DNA of 64,000 nucleotides from Nitrospirota bacterium (GCA_016212215.1 JACRGV010000009.1:63-64062), one strand, 5' to 3'. Shown: positions 40,563-51,294, counted from the stretch's first letter. Program-made: numbers and translations. The notes: a model not told the origin generated them from the letters alone.

Positions 40563-41861
40563 ATGCCAATGACTTTAACAGAAAAAATATTAGCGAGACA
40601 TGCACACAGAGACAGTGTAAAACCCGGAGATAATGTATGGGTTGATGTAGATGTCCTTATGACCCATGATGTCTGCGGCCCGGGCACGATAGAGATTTTT
40701 AGACGTGAATTCGGGGCAGGGGCAAAGGTTTGGGATCGTGAACGGGTTGTAATTATCCCTGACCACTACATTTTTACGGAAGATGTTTATGCAAGAAGAA
40801 ATATAGATATCCTGCGTGAGTTTGCAATAGAACAGGGGATTAAAAACTTCTATGACGTGGGTTCTCCTAATTATAAGGGAGTTTGTCATGTAGCCCTATC
40901 AGAGGAAGGGCATACAAGACCCGGTGAAGTCCTGTTCGGTACTGACTCTCACACATGCACGGCAGGTGCATTCGGTGAATTTGCAACAGGCATAGGAAAT
41001 ACTGATGCCGCCTTTATCCTTGGAACCGGTAAGCTCTGGGTTAAGGTGCCTCCGACAATGAGATTTGTGTTTGAAGGAGAGATACCGCCGTATCTGATGG
41101 CAAAGGATTTGATACTCCATATTATCGGCGATATTGGTGTGGATGGAGCAACTTATAAGGCAATGGAATTTGCAGGAGAGGGGATTTCAGGACTCTCAGT
41201 AGAAGAACGTATGACGATCTGCAATATGGCCATCGAGGCAGGTGGAAAGAACGGGATAATTGCACCTGATGACAAGGCTGTTGCCTTTGTGAAGCAGAGG
41301 ACAAAAATACCTTTTCAGCCGCTTTATGGAGATGCTAATGCAGTTTATGAATCTGTAAAGGTTTATAAGATGAAAGACCTTGAACCTGTTGTTGCAAAAC
41401 CCCATTCACCTGATAACAAGGCCCTTGTTAGAGAGGTAAAAGGTACCAGGGTTGACAGGTGTTATATCGGTTCCTGTACCGGAGGGAAGTTAGAGGACTT
41501 CATGGCTGCTGCAAGGATATTTAAGAGGAACAATGCAAAAGTGGAGACATATATAGTACCATCAACCACAGAGGTCGAAAGGCGTTTAAAAGAGGAAAAG
41601 ATTGATGGAGAAACCCTCTATTCTATCTTCCAGAGGGCGGGAGTAAAGATTTCTGATAATGCATCCTGTGCCGCATGTCTCGGCGGACCGCCGGACACCT
41701 TTGGACGGCTCAGCGGGGATGAGGTATGTATCTCTACAACCAACAGAAATTTCCCCGGCAGAATGGGTTCAAAAGGTTCTCAGGTATACCTTGCATCACC
41801 ACTGACAGTAGCAGCATCAGCAGTCAGGGGTGTGATAACAGACCCGCGGGAGTTTGTGTGA
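40563..41861 (+). CDS. leuC: 3-isopropylmalate dehydratase large subunit
   Basis: Aconitase-family blocks and Fe-S cysteines (…GSCTGG…, …NASCAACLG…). Confidence 0.9.
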   Translation: MPMTLTEKILARHAHRDSVKPGDNVWVDVDVLMTHDVCGPGTIEIFRREFGAGAKVWDRERVVIIPDHYIFTEDVYARRNIDILREFAIEQGIKNFYDVGSPNYKGVCHVALSEEGHTRPGEVLFGTDSHTCTAGAFGEFATGIGNTDAAFILGTGKLWVKVPPTMRFVFEGEIPPYLMAKDLILHIIGDIGVDGATYKAMEFAGEGISGLSVEERMTICNMAIEAGGKNGIIAPDDKAVAFVKQRTKIPFQPLYGDANAVYESVKVYKMKDLEPVVAKPHSPDNKALVREVKGTRVDRCYIGSCTGGKLEDFMAAARIFKRNNAKVETYIVPSTTEVERRLKEEKIDGETLYSIFQRAGVKISDNASCAACLGGPPDTFGRLSGDEVCISTTNRNFPGRMGSKGSQVYLASPLTVAASAVRGVITDPREFV

Positions 41862-41875
41862 AAATAACCTCTTAG

Positions 41876-42063
41876 ATTTCCCTCCCCCTTGAGGGGGGAG
41901 GGGCAGGGTGGGGGTGAGCTATGGAGATAATCAGATGAACTCCCATGAAACAGGGTTTTACAAAGGGGCATGAAAATCAGCGGGACAAGAATGTCCCGCC
42001 TATCCTCAATTTACACATGGATAGGCGGGGTTTTCTTACCCCGCCGGAGGAATTTTTCGAATG
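41876..42063. repeat. BIME-like cluster + three-hairpin module ending in leuD start codon
   Basis: 'ccctcccccttgaggggggaggggcagggtgggggtgagctatggagataatcagatgaactcccatgaaacagggttttacaaaggggcatgaaaatcagcgggacaag…ttttcgaATG'. Confidence 0.8.
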
Positions 42064-42621
42064 AAAGATATTATCAGGGGTAAAGCCTACGTTCTATGCA
42101 ATGACATTGATACTGACCAGATTATTCCGGCACAGCATCTTGTGTACAGCCTGAGTGACCATGAAGAGAGGAAGATGTACGGACGGTTTGCATTATCAAG
42201 CGTCCCGGATTCTCTGGCCGGTCTGCCTGATGGACATATCAGGTTTGTTAAAGATGATACCTTTAAATCAGAGTTTAATATAATTATAGCCGGTAAGAAT
42301 TTCGGATGCGGCTCATCGCGTGAACATGCACCGATTGCTTTGAACATAGCAGGGGTCGAGGCAGTTGTTGCTGAATCTTATGCAAGGATTCATTACAGAA
42401 ACGTTGTTGACGGCGGTTTCTTTATCCCCTTTGAAATAAATCAGCATATTTATAAGGAAGCAAAAACAGGGGATGACATTGAAATTGATGTAAAGAAAGG
42501 CATCCTTAAAAACCTTTCACAGGACAAGGAATATAAACTTCAGCCATTGGGTGATGTAGAAGCAATACTGCGGGCCGGTAGTATATTTGAGTATGCCAGG
42601 CAAGAGGGGATGCTGAAGTAA
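42061..42621 (+). CDS. leuD: 3-isopropylmalate dehydratase small subunit
   Basis: Aconitase swivel-domain blocks (IIAGKNFGCGSSREHAP). Its ATG lies inside the terminal 'ttttcgaATGaaa' module of the upstream repeat. Confidence 0.85.
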   Translation: MKDIIRGKAYVLCNDIDTDQIIPAQHLVYSLSDHEERKMYGRFALSSVPDSLAGLPDGHIRFVKDDTFKSEFNIIIAGKNFGCGSSREHAPIALNIAGVEAVVAESYARIHYRNVVDGGFFIPFEINQHIYKEAKTGDDIEIDVKKGILKNLSQDKEYKLQPLGDVEAILRAGSIFEYARQEGMLK

Positions 42622-42697
42622 GAAGATTGATGCTATAGGCAAGAATTAAGAAGTAAGAAGCAAGAAGATAGAGACACAAGTTAGAGAAAAAAAGATA

Positions 42698-42800
42698 CCC
42701 ACCCTCACCCGGACCCTCTCCCTGAGGGAGAGGGTGCTTAGATTATTCCCTCCCCTTCAAGGGGAGGGTTAGGGTGGGGATGGGGTTATTTTCAGGAGAT
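42698..42800. repeat. BIME-like pair of units
   Basis: 'cccaccctcacccggaccctctccctgagggagagggtgctt…ccctccccttcaaggggagggttagggtggggatggggtt'. Confidence 0.8.
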
Positions 42801-42808
42801 AATTCACA

Positions 42809-43894
42809 ATGACTACTACTTACAAGATAGCGGTTTTTCCGGGTGATGGGATTGGGAGGGAGATTGTTCCTCAGGCGGTCAGGGTTCTAAAGGCCATCAG
42901 TAATAAGTATAATATTAATCTTGAATTGCAGGAGGCATTGGTCGGGGGCAGTGCGATTGATGCGTACGGGATACCTCTGCCGGAGGAGTCGCTGAATATT
43001 GCACTTCACAGCGATGCAGTATTGCTTGGTGCTGTAGGGGGGCCAAAATGGGAGGGGTTAGATTATTCCATCAGGCCTGAAAGGGCATTGCTTGGACTAA
43101 GGGAGAAGCTCGGATTATTTGCGAATCTGAGACCGGCAAGGCTCTTCTCATCTCTTGCTGATGCTTCTACACTAAAGAGGTCAGTAATAGACGGTATTGA
43201 TATAGTAGTTATAAGAGAATTAACCGGCGGGATATACTTTGGTAAGCCGAGGGGTATAGAAAAGATTGATGGAGAGGAAAGGGGTATAAATACAGAGGTA
43301 TATACAACCCATGAAATTGAACGTATTGCAAGGCTTGGCTTCCAGGTTGCAAAAAGCAGGCGCGGTAAATTATGCTCTGTTGATAAGGCAAATGTACTGG
43401 AGTCTTCAGAGCTTTGGAGAAGGGTGGTAATCGGCATACACAAGGAATATGAAGAGGTGGAGTTGTCTCATATATATGTAGATAATTGTGCCATGCAGTT
43501 GATAAGGAATCCACGGCAATTCGATGTCATATTAACCAGCAATATGTTCGGCGATATCCTGAGTGATGAGGCGGCTATGCTTACAGGGTCAATCGGTATG
43601 CTTCCATCTGCAAGTATCGGCGGTGAGACAGGGATGTACGAACCTATTCATGGGAGCGCCCCGGATATTGCCGGTCAGGACAAGGCAAATCCAATTGCCA
43701 CAATACTCTCAGTGGGGATGATGTTGAAATATTCATTCGGCCTGGACATTGCTTATGAGGAGATTGAGTCTGCTGTTAACAGGGTTCTGGAAAAAGGCTA
43801 TCGTACTGCAGACATATATTCTGAGGGGGCGCAGGATACCCGGCTTGTCGGCACAATTGAGATGACAGATATTATTCTAAATGAACTTACGTAA
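42809..43894 (+). CDS. leuB: 3-isopropylmalate dehydrogenase
   Basis: '[13 protein letters not shown]', '[25 protein letters not shown]' IMDH/ICDH family signature. Confidence 0.9.
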   Translation: MTTTYKIAVFPGDGIGREIVPQAVRVLKAISNKYNINLELQEALVGGSAIDAYGIPLPEESLNIALHSDAVLLGAVGGPKWEGLDYSIRPERALLGLREKLGLFANLRPARLFSSLADASTLKRSVIDGIDIVVIRELTGGIYFGKPRGIEKIDGEERGINTEVYTTHEIERIARLGFQVAKSRRGKLCSVDKANVLESSELWRRVVIGIHKEYEEVELSHIYVDNCAMQLIRNPRQFDVILTSNMFGDILSDEAAMLTGSIGMLPSASIGGETGMYEPIHGSAPDIAGQDKANPIATILSVGMMLKYSFGLDIAYEEIESAVNRVLEKGYRTADIYSEGAQDTRLVGTIEMTDIILNELT

Positions 43895-44321
43895 TCCTCT
43901 GGAATCCTTGTACAATAAAAAACAACTTTTTATTTCAGTTGTAAGTATTCTTATACTACTTGTATCTGTTGTTACAGGCTGTGCAACTGTTGAGGTGAAT
44001 GAGAGCAATGATGGTCCATATATAGTATCTACTTATCCTTCCTCAGGTGATTTTAATATATCAAGACTTACAGACATTAGTATAAGATTCAGTGAGTCAA
44101 TGGACACAGAAACCCAGGCTGAATTCAGGATGTTATTAAGCGGTTCAAAGGTGGATGGTGAGACGAGGTGGATGGATTCAAATACCATGCTTGCATTCAG
44201 GCCGTACAAGCCTCTTGAGGCAAACAGCCTGTATCAGTGCATTTTAGGGATAGGGAAGTCTAAGGAAGGTAAGGGGCTAAGAGGGGCGCCGTATATATGG
44301 ATGTTCAGCACCGGGAACTGA
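43881..44321 (+). CDS. Small lipoprotein with Ig-like (SbsA-type) domain
   Basis: Lipobox 'VVTGCATV'. '[29 protein letters not shown]' resembles the N-terminal strand region of the Ig-like repeats in 22255-24405. Confidence 0.45.
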   Translation: MNLRNPLESLYNKKQLFISVVSILILLVSVVTGCATVEVNESNDGPYIVSTYPSSGDFNISRLTDISIRFSESMDTETQAEFRMLLSGSKVDGETRWMDSNTMLAFRPYKPLEANSLYQCILGIGKSKEGKGLRGAPYIWMFSTGN

Positions 44322-44344
44322 CAAGTGCAGTGTGCGGAATGAGC

Positions 44345-44475
44345 AAAACCCCACCCTCACCTTAATCCTCTCCCTGAGGGAGAGGAAATTTCCCACCCAT
44401 TTAAGGGGGAAGTTAGTGTGCCATGCTTAAATTCCCTCCCCTTCAAGGGGAGGGTTAGGGTGGGGATGGGGTTAT
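44345..44475. repeat. BIME-like pair of units
   Basis: Same two unit types as 42698-42800. Confidence 0.8.
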
Positions 44476-44506
44476 ATAGTAAGAACAAGTTAGCCGGAGG
44501 TTATTA

Positions 44507-45520
44507 ATGCTAAAAAAAGATAAATATACTGTGGCGGTTGTCGGGGCTACCGGTGCGGTGGGGAAGGAGATGATTCAGGTTCTGGAGGAGAGGCGGTTTC
44601 CGGTTGGGAAACTCAGGCTGTTTGCCTCTATGAGATCTGCAGGGGATTCCCTTTCATATAGGGACGAAGACCATAGGGTGGAACTGCTTCAGGATAATTC
44701 ATTTGAGGGTGTGGATATTGCATTATTTTCTGCAGGGGAAAAGATTAGTCTTGAGTTTGCACCAAAGGCAGTGGAGAGCGGGGCAATTGTTATTGATAAT
44801 AGTTCTGCCTTCCGTATGACACCTGAAGTGCCTTTAGTTGTTCCTGAGGTTAATCCTGATGCAGTTAAACAACATAAAGGCATAATAGCGAACCCCAACT
44901 GTTCAACCATTCAAATGGTGGTTGCCTTAAAACCTTTGCATGAAAAGGCAACAATAAAAAGGGTTGTTGTCACCACATTTCAATCTGTATCAGGAAAAGG
45001 GAAAGAGGCGATGGATGAACTATTTGAACAGACAAAGGCGATCGTGAGTTTTCAGGATCCTGTAATTGAAGTCTTCCCCTATCAGATTGCATTCAACTGT
45101 CTTCCGCACATAGATGTATTTCTTGACAACGGCTATACAAAGGAAGAGATGAAGATGGTCAATGAGACAAAGAAGATATTGGAAGATGACAGCATAAGGG
45201 TTACAGCAACAACGGTCCGTGTGCCGGTATACATTTGTCATTCAGAGGCCGTAAATGTTGAGACAGAAGAAAAGATAACTGCAAATGAGGCAAGGGCATT
45301 ATTGTCCGAAACACCAGGAATAATTGTCTTCGATGACCCACAGAAAAATATTTACCCGGTACCTCTTGAAGTATCAGGAAAAGACGAGGTATACGTCGGC
45401 AGAATACGAGAAGATGAATCAATAGAGAACGGATTAAACCTCTGGGTCGTTGCGGACAACCTGAGAAAAGGCGCCGCCACAAATGCGGTTCAGATTGCCG
45501 AATTGTTGATAAAACCATGA
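44507..45520 (+). CDS. asd: Aspartate-semialdehyde dehydrogenase
   Basis: 'VAVVGATGAVG' NAD(P) fold. Active-site 'IANPNCSTIQMVVALKPL' (Cys) and 'RVPVYICHSEAV' (His) blocks. Confidence 0.85.
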   Translation: MLKKDKYTVAVVGATGAVGKEMIQVLEERRFPVGKLRLFASMRSAGDSLSYRDEDHRVELLQDNSFEGVDIALFSAGEKISLEFAPKAVESGAIVIDNSSAFRMTPEVPLVVPEVNPDAVKQHKGIIANPNCSTIQMVVALKPLHEKATIKRVVVTTFQSVSGKGKEAMDELFEQTKAIVSFQDPVIEVFPYQIAFNCLPHIDVFLDNGYTKEEMKMVNETKKILEDDSIRVTATTVRVPVYICHSEAVNVETEEKITANEARALLSETPGIIVFDDPQKNIYPVPLEVSGKDEVYVGRIREDESIENGLNLWVVADNLRKGAATNAVQIAELLIKP

Positions 45521-45555
45521 TGAGTTACAGCTTACAAATGATGATAAATATAAAG

Positions 45556-45730
45556 CCCCCTCACCCGGTGCCCCCCCCGCCTGCCTCCCCCCGCAAAGGA
45601 GGGGGGAGGAATTTGGTAGGAATTTAATTGCAGCTCTCCCGCCAGGGGAGAGGGAGGCTAACGTTTATTCCCCCTCCCTTGACGGGAGGGGGTTAGGGGG
45701 AGGGTGAGCTACGAAGATTTTCAGGAGAAC
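45556..45730. repeat. BIME-like cluster
   Basis: 'cccctcacccggtgcccccccgcctgcctccccccgcaaaggaggggggag…ccccctcccttgacgggagggggttagggggagggtgagctacgaagattttcaggaga'. Confidence 0.8.
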
Positions 45731-45732
45731 TA

Positions 45733-46893
45733 ATGAACAGAATATACCTTGACCATGCAGCGACTACTCCAATAAGGCCGGAAGTTATTGAGGCTATGCA
45801 GCCTTATTTCAGCAATTTCTTTGGGAATCCATCGAGCCTCCATTATTTCGGGAAGGAGACTGCAAATGCTATTAAAGACGCAAGAGAGAAGATTGCGGCA
45901 ATAATAGGGGCGCGTTGGGATGAGATTGTCTTTGTAAGCGGCGGGACAGAATCGGACAATCTTGCCATATTCGGTACCGCCTTTGCGAACAGGGATAAGG
46001 GAAGGCATATAATAACATCATGTATTGAACATCATGCTGTTCTTGAACCATGTCGCTTCCTTGAGAGGGAGGGATGGAAGGTCACGTATCTTCCGGTAGA
46101 CAGATATGGGATGGTAAATCCTGAAGATGTAAAAGATGCAATTACTGATGAGACATTTTTAATCTCAATTATGCATGCTAATAATGAAATAGGCACTATT
46201 CAGCCTATGAAGGAGATAGGGGCAATTGCAAAGGAGAGGGGTGTCATATTTCATTCAGATGCTGTTCAGACGTTTTCCCATATTCATGTAAATGTTGACG
46301 AACTTAATGTAGACCTGCTTTCTTTCTCCGGTCATAAATTCTATGGTCCTAAAGGTATCGGTGGTCTTTATGTAAGAAAAGGTACTGCAATATCTCCTCA
46401 TATACATGGGGGGTATCAGGAGTTTAAACTCAGGGCCGGTACAGAAAATGTTGCAGGGATTGTAGGTGTTGCAAAGGCAGTACAGCTTGCATCTCTTGAG
46501 ATGGTTGCACAGACCGCTTATGTAATGTCCCTGAGGGACAGGCTTGTTGAGTCCATTCTTGAGATAGATGGTATTAAACTTAACGGGCATCCAGGGAACA
46601 GGCTCCCCAATAATATAAATATTACTGTTGATTTTGTTGACGGAGAGGCAATGCTGATAAACCTTGATTTCAAAGGTATTGCAGTATCCACAGGCTCTTC
46701 ATGCAGGTCTGCGATTAAAGGGCCGTCACATGTGTTAACCGCTATCGGCAGGACGTATGAAGAGGCGAGGAGCGCCGTTAGAATCACACTCGGTAAGGAT
46801 AACACTGAAAAAGAGATTGTCTACTTTATTGAGGTTTTTAAAGATATTTTAACTAACCTGAGAAAGATGTCGCCGGTGTATCAAAAGCAGTGA
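45733..46893 (+). CDS. Cysteine desulfurase (NifS/IscS family, class V aminotransferase)
   Basis: 'IYLDHAATTP', PLP-Lys region 'FSGHKFYGPKGIGGLYVR', catalytic Cys loop 'STGSSCRSA'. Confidence 0.8.
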   Translation: MNRIYLDHAATTPIRPEVIEAMQPYFSNFFGNPSSLHYFGKETANAIKDAREKIAAIIGARWDEIVFVSGGTESDNLAIFGTAFANRDKGRHIITSCIEHHAVLEPCRFLEREGWKVTYLPVDRYGMVNPEDVKDAITDETFLISIMHANNEIGTIQPMKEIGAIAKERGVIFHSDAVQTFSHIHVNVDELNVDLLSFSGHKFYGPKGIGGLYVRKGTAISPHIHGGYQEFKLRAGTENVAGIVGVAKAVQLASLEMVAQTAYVMSLRDRLVESILEIDGIKLNGHPGNRLPNNINITVDFVDGEAMLINLDFKGIAVSTGSSCRSAIKGPSHVLTAIGRTYEEARSAVRITLGKDNTEKEIVYFIEVFKDILTNLRKMSPVYQKQ

Positions 46894-46925
46894 ATAGTGA
46901 ACAGTGAACAGTGAATAGTTAACTA
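46886..46925. repeat. 3' 'cagtgaat' tandem module overlapping the NifS-like gene stop
   Basis: 'aaagcagtgaatagtgaacagtgaacagtgaatagttaac', ~80% identical to the 40126-40165 module after leuA. Confidence 0.7.
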
Positions 46926-46994
46926 CTCAACAGAACAACCAGTGAGAAGCAAGAATAGCATGTAATACCTCCAACTTACACATCCCTTAAGGTC

Positions 46995-47090
46995 ATCCCT
47001 ATCCAGCCAGGGGAGAGGGTGTTAAGTTTATTCCCCCTCCCTTGACGGGAGGGGGTTAGGGGGAGGGTGAGCTATGGATATTTTCACATG
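46995..47090. repeat. BIME-like units upstream of queA
   Basis: 'ccagccaggggagagggtgttaagtttattccccctcccttgacgggagggggttagggggagggtgagctatggatattttcacATG'. Confidence 0.8.
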
Positions 47091-48122
47091 ACATATACAT
47101 TATCAGATTTTGATTATACATTTGATCCTTCACTCATAGCACAGTATCCACTGCCTGAACGGGATAGCTCAAGGCTATTGGTTTTAGATAGAAAGCACAA
47201 TAGGATTGAACACAGGAGGTTCTACGAAATAGGTGAGTATCTGAGAGAAGGTGATATGCTCATTGTGAATAATACCCGTGTAATCCCTTGCAGGCTTATC
47301 GGTAAGAAAGAGCATACCGGCGGGATGACCGAACTTCTGCTGATAAAAAGGATTGAAGAAGATGTTTGGGAAGTAATGTTAAAGGGAAGAGCAAAGAAAG
47401 GTAATAAGATCATTTTCTCTTCCTCATTAAATTGTGATGTGCAGGACCGTAGAGATGCCCGTAAAGATGAATATACAATCGTTAAGTTTAATTATTACGG
47501 TGACTGGGATACAATACTTTCAGAAACCGCTAACATACCCATTCCCCCTTATATAAGGAGGAAACCGGTTGAAGGAGATAAGGAATGGTATCAGACGGTT
47601 TTCGCCTTATATAAAGGTTCTATTGCAGCGCCGACTGCCGGGCTGCATTTTACAGAAAAATTGCTGTTTGATTTAAAATCAAAAGGTATTATAATAGCCG
47701 CTGTTACGCTGCATGTCGGTGTAGGGACATTTAAACCTGTTAATGTTGAAAGTATTGATGATCATAAAATGCATCCTGAATATTTTGATGTCAGTAAAGA
47801 GCTTGCTGATACCATAAGAAGGGTTAAAGCAAACGGTGGAAGGATAATTGCCGTCGGCACTACATCAGTCCGTGCATTGGAACATGCGGCAATAAGCGGA
47901 GAGGTAATGGCCGGAAAAGGTGAAACCGGCATATTTATTCATCCCGGATTTAAATTTAATGTTATAGATGCAATGGTAACCAACTTTCACCTTCCTAAAT
48001 CAACCCTTTTAATGCTTGTAATGGCATTAGCAGGGAGGGAAGGTATATTAACTGCATATTCAGAGGCAGTCTCATTGCGTTACCGTTTTTATAGTTATGG
48101 TGACGCAATGTTGATTTTATAA
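47088..48122 (+). CDS. queA: S-adenosylmethionine:tRNA ribosyltransferase-isomerase
   Basis: QueA blocks (DFDYTFDPSLIAQYP, LIVNNTRVIPCRL, TAGLHFT, VGTTSVRALE). The track start 47067 is a GTG inside the repeat; ATG 47088 is the likely start. Confidence 0.85.
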   Translation: MTYTLSDFDYTFDPSLIAQYPLPERDSSRLLVLDRKHNRIEHRRFYEIGEYLREGDMLIVNNTRVIPCRLIGKKEHTGGMTELLLIKRIEEDVWEVMLKGRAKKGNKIIFSSSLNCDVQDRRDARKDEYTIVKFNYYGDWDTILSETANIPIPPYIRRKPVEGDKEWYQTVFALYKGSIAAPTAGLHFTEKLLFDLKSKGIIIAAVTLHVGVGTFKPVNVESIDDHKMHPEYFDVSKELADTIRRVKANGGRIIAVGTTSVRALEHAAISGEVMAGKGETGIFIHPGFKFNVIDAMVTNFHLPKSTLLMLVMALAGREGILTAYSEAVSLRYRFYSYGDAMLIL

Positions 48123-48136
48123 GAAGAAAGGCAATA

Positions 48137-48853
48137 TTGAGAAATTTCAGAAATAGTGGAACAAGGTTCGGGAAAAGGGACAGCGGTTTTAATCCAAGAT
48201 ATTTGTTTTTTTTAATAATTGCTGCGGCAATAATTGTGACTATTGCGGTGACTGTTTCAAAAGTAAAGACAAAGACCCTTGCTTCTGATATTACCCCGGG
48301 AAAGATACTTCTAAAAGAGATTGGACAGACAAGGAAGGCTCCACACACTGAAGATAACAGCGGAGTTAAGCCATTAGATGGTCAGGCAGATGGTCAGGTT
48401 AATAATGATAAGAAAGAGGGAGAAACGACGCCGGATTCTTTTACCTTCTATAAATCCCTGAACGGCAGGGAAGGTAAGATTATTCCTTTGAGCGGCGCTG
48501 TTGAAAAGGCTGAAAAAGAGAAAAAGGGTGAAGATGCAGAGGTAAAGACTATTCAGCCGGAAAAGATTTTGCAGGTAGAAGAGAAGATAGATAAAAATAT
48601 TGAGAAGATTGTAAAAAAAGAAAATATTTTTTCAGTTCAAATAGCTGCATTCAGCAGTGAGTCAACAGCAAGCGATATTATCAACAGGCTGAAACAATTC
48701 GGTCATTCCCCTTATCTTGTAAGAGAAGAGGATAAGAATGGAAAGAAATTAATAAAGGTTCGAGTCGGAAGATTCGCTTCAATGACAGAAGCCCAGTCAG
48801 TAGCAAATGCATTGAAGAAAGATGGATATGATACGTATGTAATAAAGAATTAA
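48137..48853 (+). CDS. SPOR-domain protein (septal peptidoglycan-binding)
   Basis: N-terminal TM helix, low-complexity linker, C-terminal SPOR fold 'FSVQIAAFSSESTASDIINRLKQFG...KLIKVRVGRFASMTEAQSVANALKKDGYDTYV'. Confidence 0.6.
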   Translation: MRNFRNSGTRFGKRDSGFNPRYLFFLIIAAAIIVTIAVTVSKVKTKTLASDITPGKILLKEIGQTRKAPHTEDNSGVKPLDGQADGQVNNDKKEGETTPDSFTFYKSLNGREGKIIPLSGAVEKAEKEKKGEDAEVKTIQPEKILQVEEKIDKNIEKIVKKENIFSVQIAAFSSESTASDIINRLKQFGHSPYLVREEDKNGKKLIKVRVGRFASMTEAQSVANALKKDGYDTYVIKN

Positions 48854-48972
48854 GTAGACCCCGCCTTATCTTCAAAATATCAATAAAACCAAAAAAATAT
48901 TGTAAAGAAACACCCACTAAAAAATAAAATAAATTAAAGTCTTTATTTGTGGCATTCGTCTTATTCGTGAGA

Positions 48973-49045
48973 AAACCAGCGGGACAAGAAAGTCCCGCCT
49001 ATCCTAAGTAGAAATGGATAGGCGGGGTTTTCTTACCCCGCCGTA
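48973..49045. repeat. Three-hairpin 75-bp module (copy 4)
   Basis: 'cagcgggacaagaaagtcccgcctatcctaagtagaaatggataggcggggttttcttaccccgcc'. Confidence 0.8.
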
Positions 49046-49073
49046 GGTAACCCATTATATTCGGAGGTGATTT

Positions 49074-50612
49074 ATGCTTGCACGGGTCTTCAGTAGTCTG
49101 TTATTCGGCATGGATGCATCAGTAGTGGAAGTAGAAGTTGATATGGTATTCGGTCTCCCGTTGTTTACTATTGTCGGTCTTCCTGATACTGCTGTCAGGG
49201 AGAGTAAAGAGCGGGTCAGGGCAGCATTACGCAATGCGGGTTTTAAATTTCCTACCAAGAAAATAACCGTAAACCTTGCACCTGCCAACATAAAAAAGGA
49301 AGGCGCCCTCTATGACCTGCCTGTAGCTGTTGCAATCTTGTGTGCTGAAGAGATTATTGATGTAAACAAGGTTAAAGATTTTATGCTGATAGGTGAGCTT
49401 TCATTAGATGGCCGCATAAAACCGGTGAGGGGTGCATTATCAATTGCGATATTGGCAAAGGATAAAGGATTTAAGGGTTTGTTGATCCCGGAGAGTAATG
49501 CAGCAGAGGCCGGCCTGATCAAGGATATAAATATTTACGGTGTCGAATCCCTGTCACAGGTTATCAGTTTTTTTAATAACAGCATTAATCTGAATTCCAG
49601 CAGAACAGATGTTGAGAAATTCTTTTCAGAGCCGGATATTAATGCAGAAGATTTATCTGATGTAAAGGGGCAGGATTATGCAAAAAGGGCATTGGAGGTT
49701 GCTGCAGCAGGCGGTCATAATATTCTTATGATCGGCCCTCCAGGTTCCGGTAAGACCATGCTTGCAAAAAGGTTCACCACTATCCTTCCTCAAATGAGAT
49801 TTGACGAGGTCATTGAGACGACAAAATTATACAGCCTTACCGGCAGTCTGAATAGTAAAATGCCCTTACTTGCTGTAAGGCCTTTCAGGGTTCCTCATCA
49901 CACGATCTCTTATGCAGGGATGGTCGGCGGAGGTCACATCCCAAGACCTGGTGAGATAAGTCTTGCACACAATGGCGTCTTATTTATTGATGAACTCCCA
50001 GAGTTCAGGAGAGATGTTTTGGAGGTATTAAGACAGCCTGTTGAAAATGGATATATTACAGTAACAAGGTCTGCAGGTTCAGTGACGTATCCATCCAGAT
50101 TTATTTTAGTATGTGCAATGAATCCATGCCCCTGCGGCCATTTTATGGATTATGGAAAGGAATGTAAATGTACTGCCCTTCAGATCCGGAGATACCGCAG
50201 TAAAGTTTCCGGTCCTCTCTTGGACAGGATTGACATGCACATCAGCCTCCCCCCTGTTTCTCTAAGAGAAATAATGTCATCAAGGTCAGGTGAGCCGTCA
50301 GTTAATGTAAGAAACAGGGTAGATAAGGTACGGGATGTACAGTTAAAAAGGTATTATAATGAGAAGGGTGTTTCCTCTAATGCGGAAATGAAAGGGCATC
50401 ATGTTGATAAATTTTGCAGGATTAACAAGGCAGGGATGGAGATACTTGAGACTGCAATAAGCAGGCTCGGGTTGAGTGCAAGGGCTTATGATAAGGTCTT
50501 AAAGGTCTCAAGGACAATAGCAGACCTTGATTCAAGGGAAGAGATAATGCCTCAGGATATTTCAGAGGCTATCGGTTACAGGGCATTAGACAGAGGATTG
50601 GATGGTATATAA
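49074..50612 (+). CDS. comM: YifB/ComM-family Mg-chelatase-like AAA+ ATPase
   Basis: N-terminal ChlI-like domain, Walker A 'GPPGSGKTM', and the 'NPCPCG' zinc-ribbon-like motif characteristic of YifB/ComM. Confidence 0.85.
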   Translation: MLARVFSSLLFGMDASVVEVEVDMVFGLPLFTIVGLPDTAVRESKERVRAALRNAGFKFPTKKITVNLAPANIKKEGALYDLPVAVAILCAEEIIDVNKVKDFMLIGELSLDGRIKPVRGALSIAILAKDKGFKGLLIPESNAAEAGLIKDINIYGVESLSQVISFFNNSINLNSSRTDVEKFFSEPDINAEDLSDVKGQDYAKRALEVAAAGGHNILMIGPPGSGKTMLAKRFTTILPQMRFDEVIETTKLYSLTGSLNSKMPLLAVRPFRVPHHTISYAGMVGGGHIPRPGEISLAHNGVLFIDELPEFRRDVLEVLRQPVENGYITVTRSAGSVTYPSRFILVCAMNPCPCGHFMDYGKECKCTALQIRRYRSKVSGPLLDRIDMHISLPPVSLREIMSSRSGEPSVNVRNRVDKVRDVQLKRYYNEKGVSSNAEMKGHHVDKFCRINKAGMEILETAISRLGLSARAYDKVLKVSRTIADLDSREEIMPQDISEAIGYRALDRGLDGI

Positions 50613-50726
50613 ATTGCATTATTTTCCACTGGGTTATTTAATATCCTTGACAAATTGACTCAAGGTTATTAACATTGTATACGTTTTTTAAATCTTAACA
50701 ACAGGAACAAAAAAGAGGAGGAACAG

Positions 50727-51281
50727 ATGAGAAAGAAACAGATTAAAAGACTATTACTGGCAGGCATAATGACAGCTTGTGTTGCAGGTGTTACCATGAG
50801 CGGTAATTCTTTTGCAGCAGAAGGGACAAATGCCGCAGAAGAAAATCAGGCAATCATGATACTCGAATCAGTAAGGCAGAATTACCTTGCAAGTGTTAGG
50901 TTAGAGTCGCTCAAATCAAAGAACACATTACCATCAAAGAGCCACGCAGACAGCCCTGCTCAGGCATGGTTAAAGAGGGTAAAACCGAGTGAAGTTAATA
51001 TGGTAACCAATAGATATACACAATCGGAACAGAGCGCAGTCCGGATGGAAGGTAAATTGTATTTTACCTCCGGCGATGCATACATTACTAATCTAAAGCA
51101 GAATCCATCAATCCGTTTTGCAAAAGACCCGATTTCAGGGCGGACAGTAGACAAGGCAGAGGCAGCGATATATATTGATGCATCCGGAAGGGCATTATAT
51201 TTCAAGACAGATGATTCATTTAAAAACTTTATAGCCCTTGCTGATACTGGAACAGTGTTCGGGTATTCACAACCAAGGTAG
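50727..51281 (+). CDS. Exported hypothetical protein
   Basis: Signal peptide (MRKKQIKRLLLAGIMTACVAGVTMSGNSFAAEG). No confident domain; the 3' end abuts a repeat cluster. Confidence 0.45.
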   Translation: MRKKQIKRLLLAGIMTACVAGVTMSGNSFAAEGTNAAEENQAIMILESVRQNYLASVRLESLKSKNTLPSKSHADSPAQAWLKRVKPSEVNMVTNRYTQSEQSAVRMEGKLYFTSGDAYITNLKQNPSIRFAKDPISGRTVDKAEAAIYIDASGRALYFKTDDSFKNFIALADTGTVFGYSQPR

Positions 51282-51294
51282 AACTAACGAAAAC

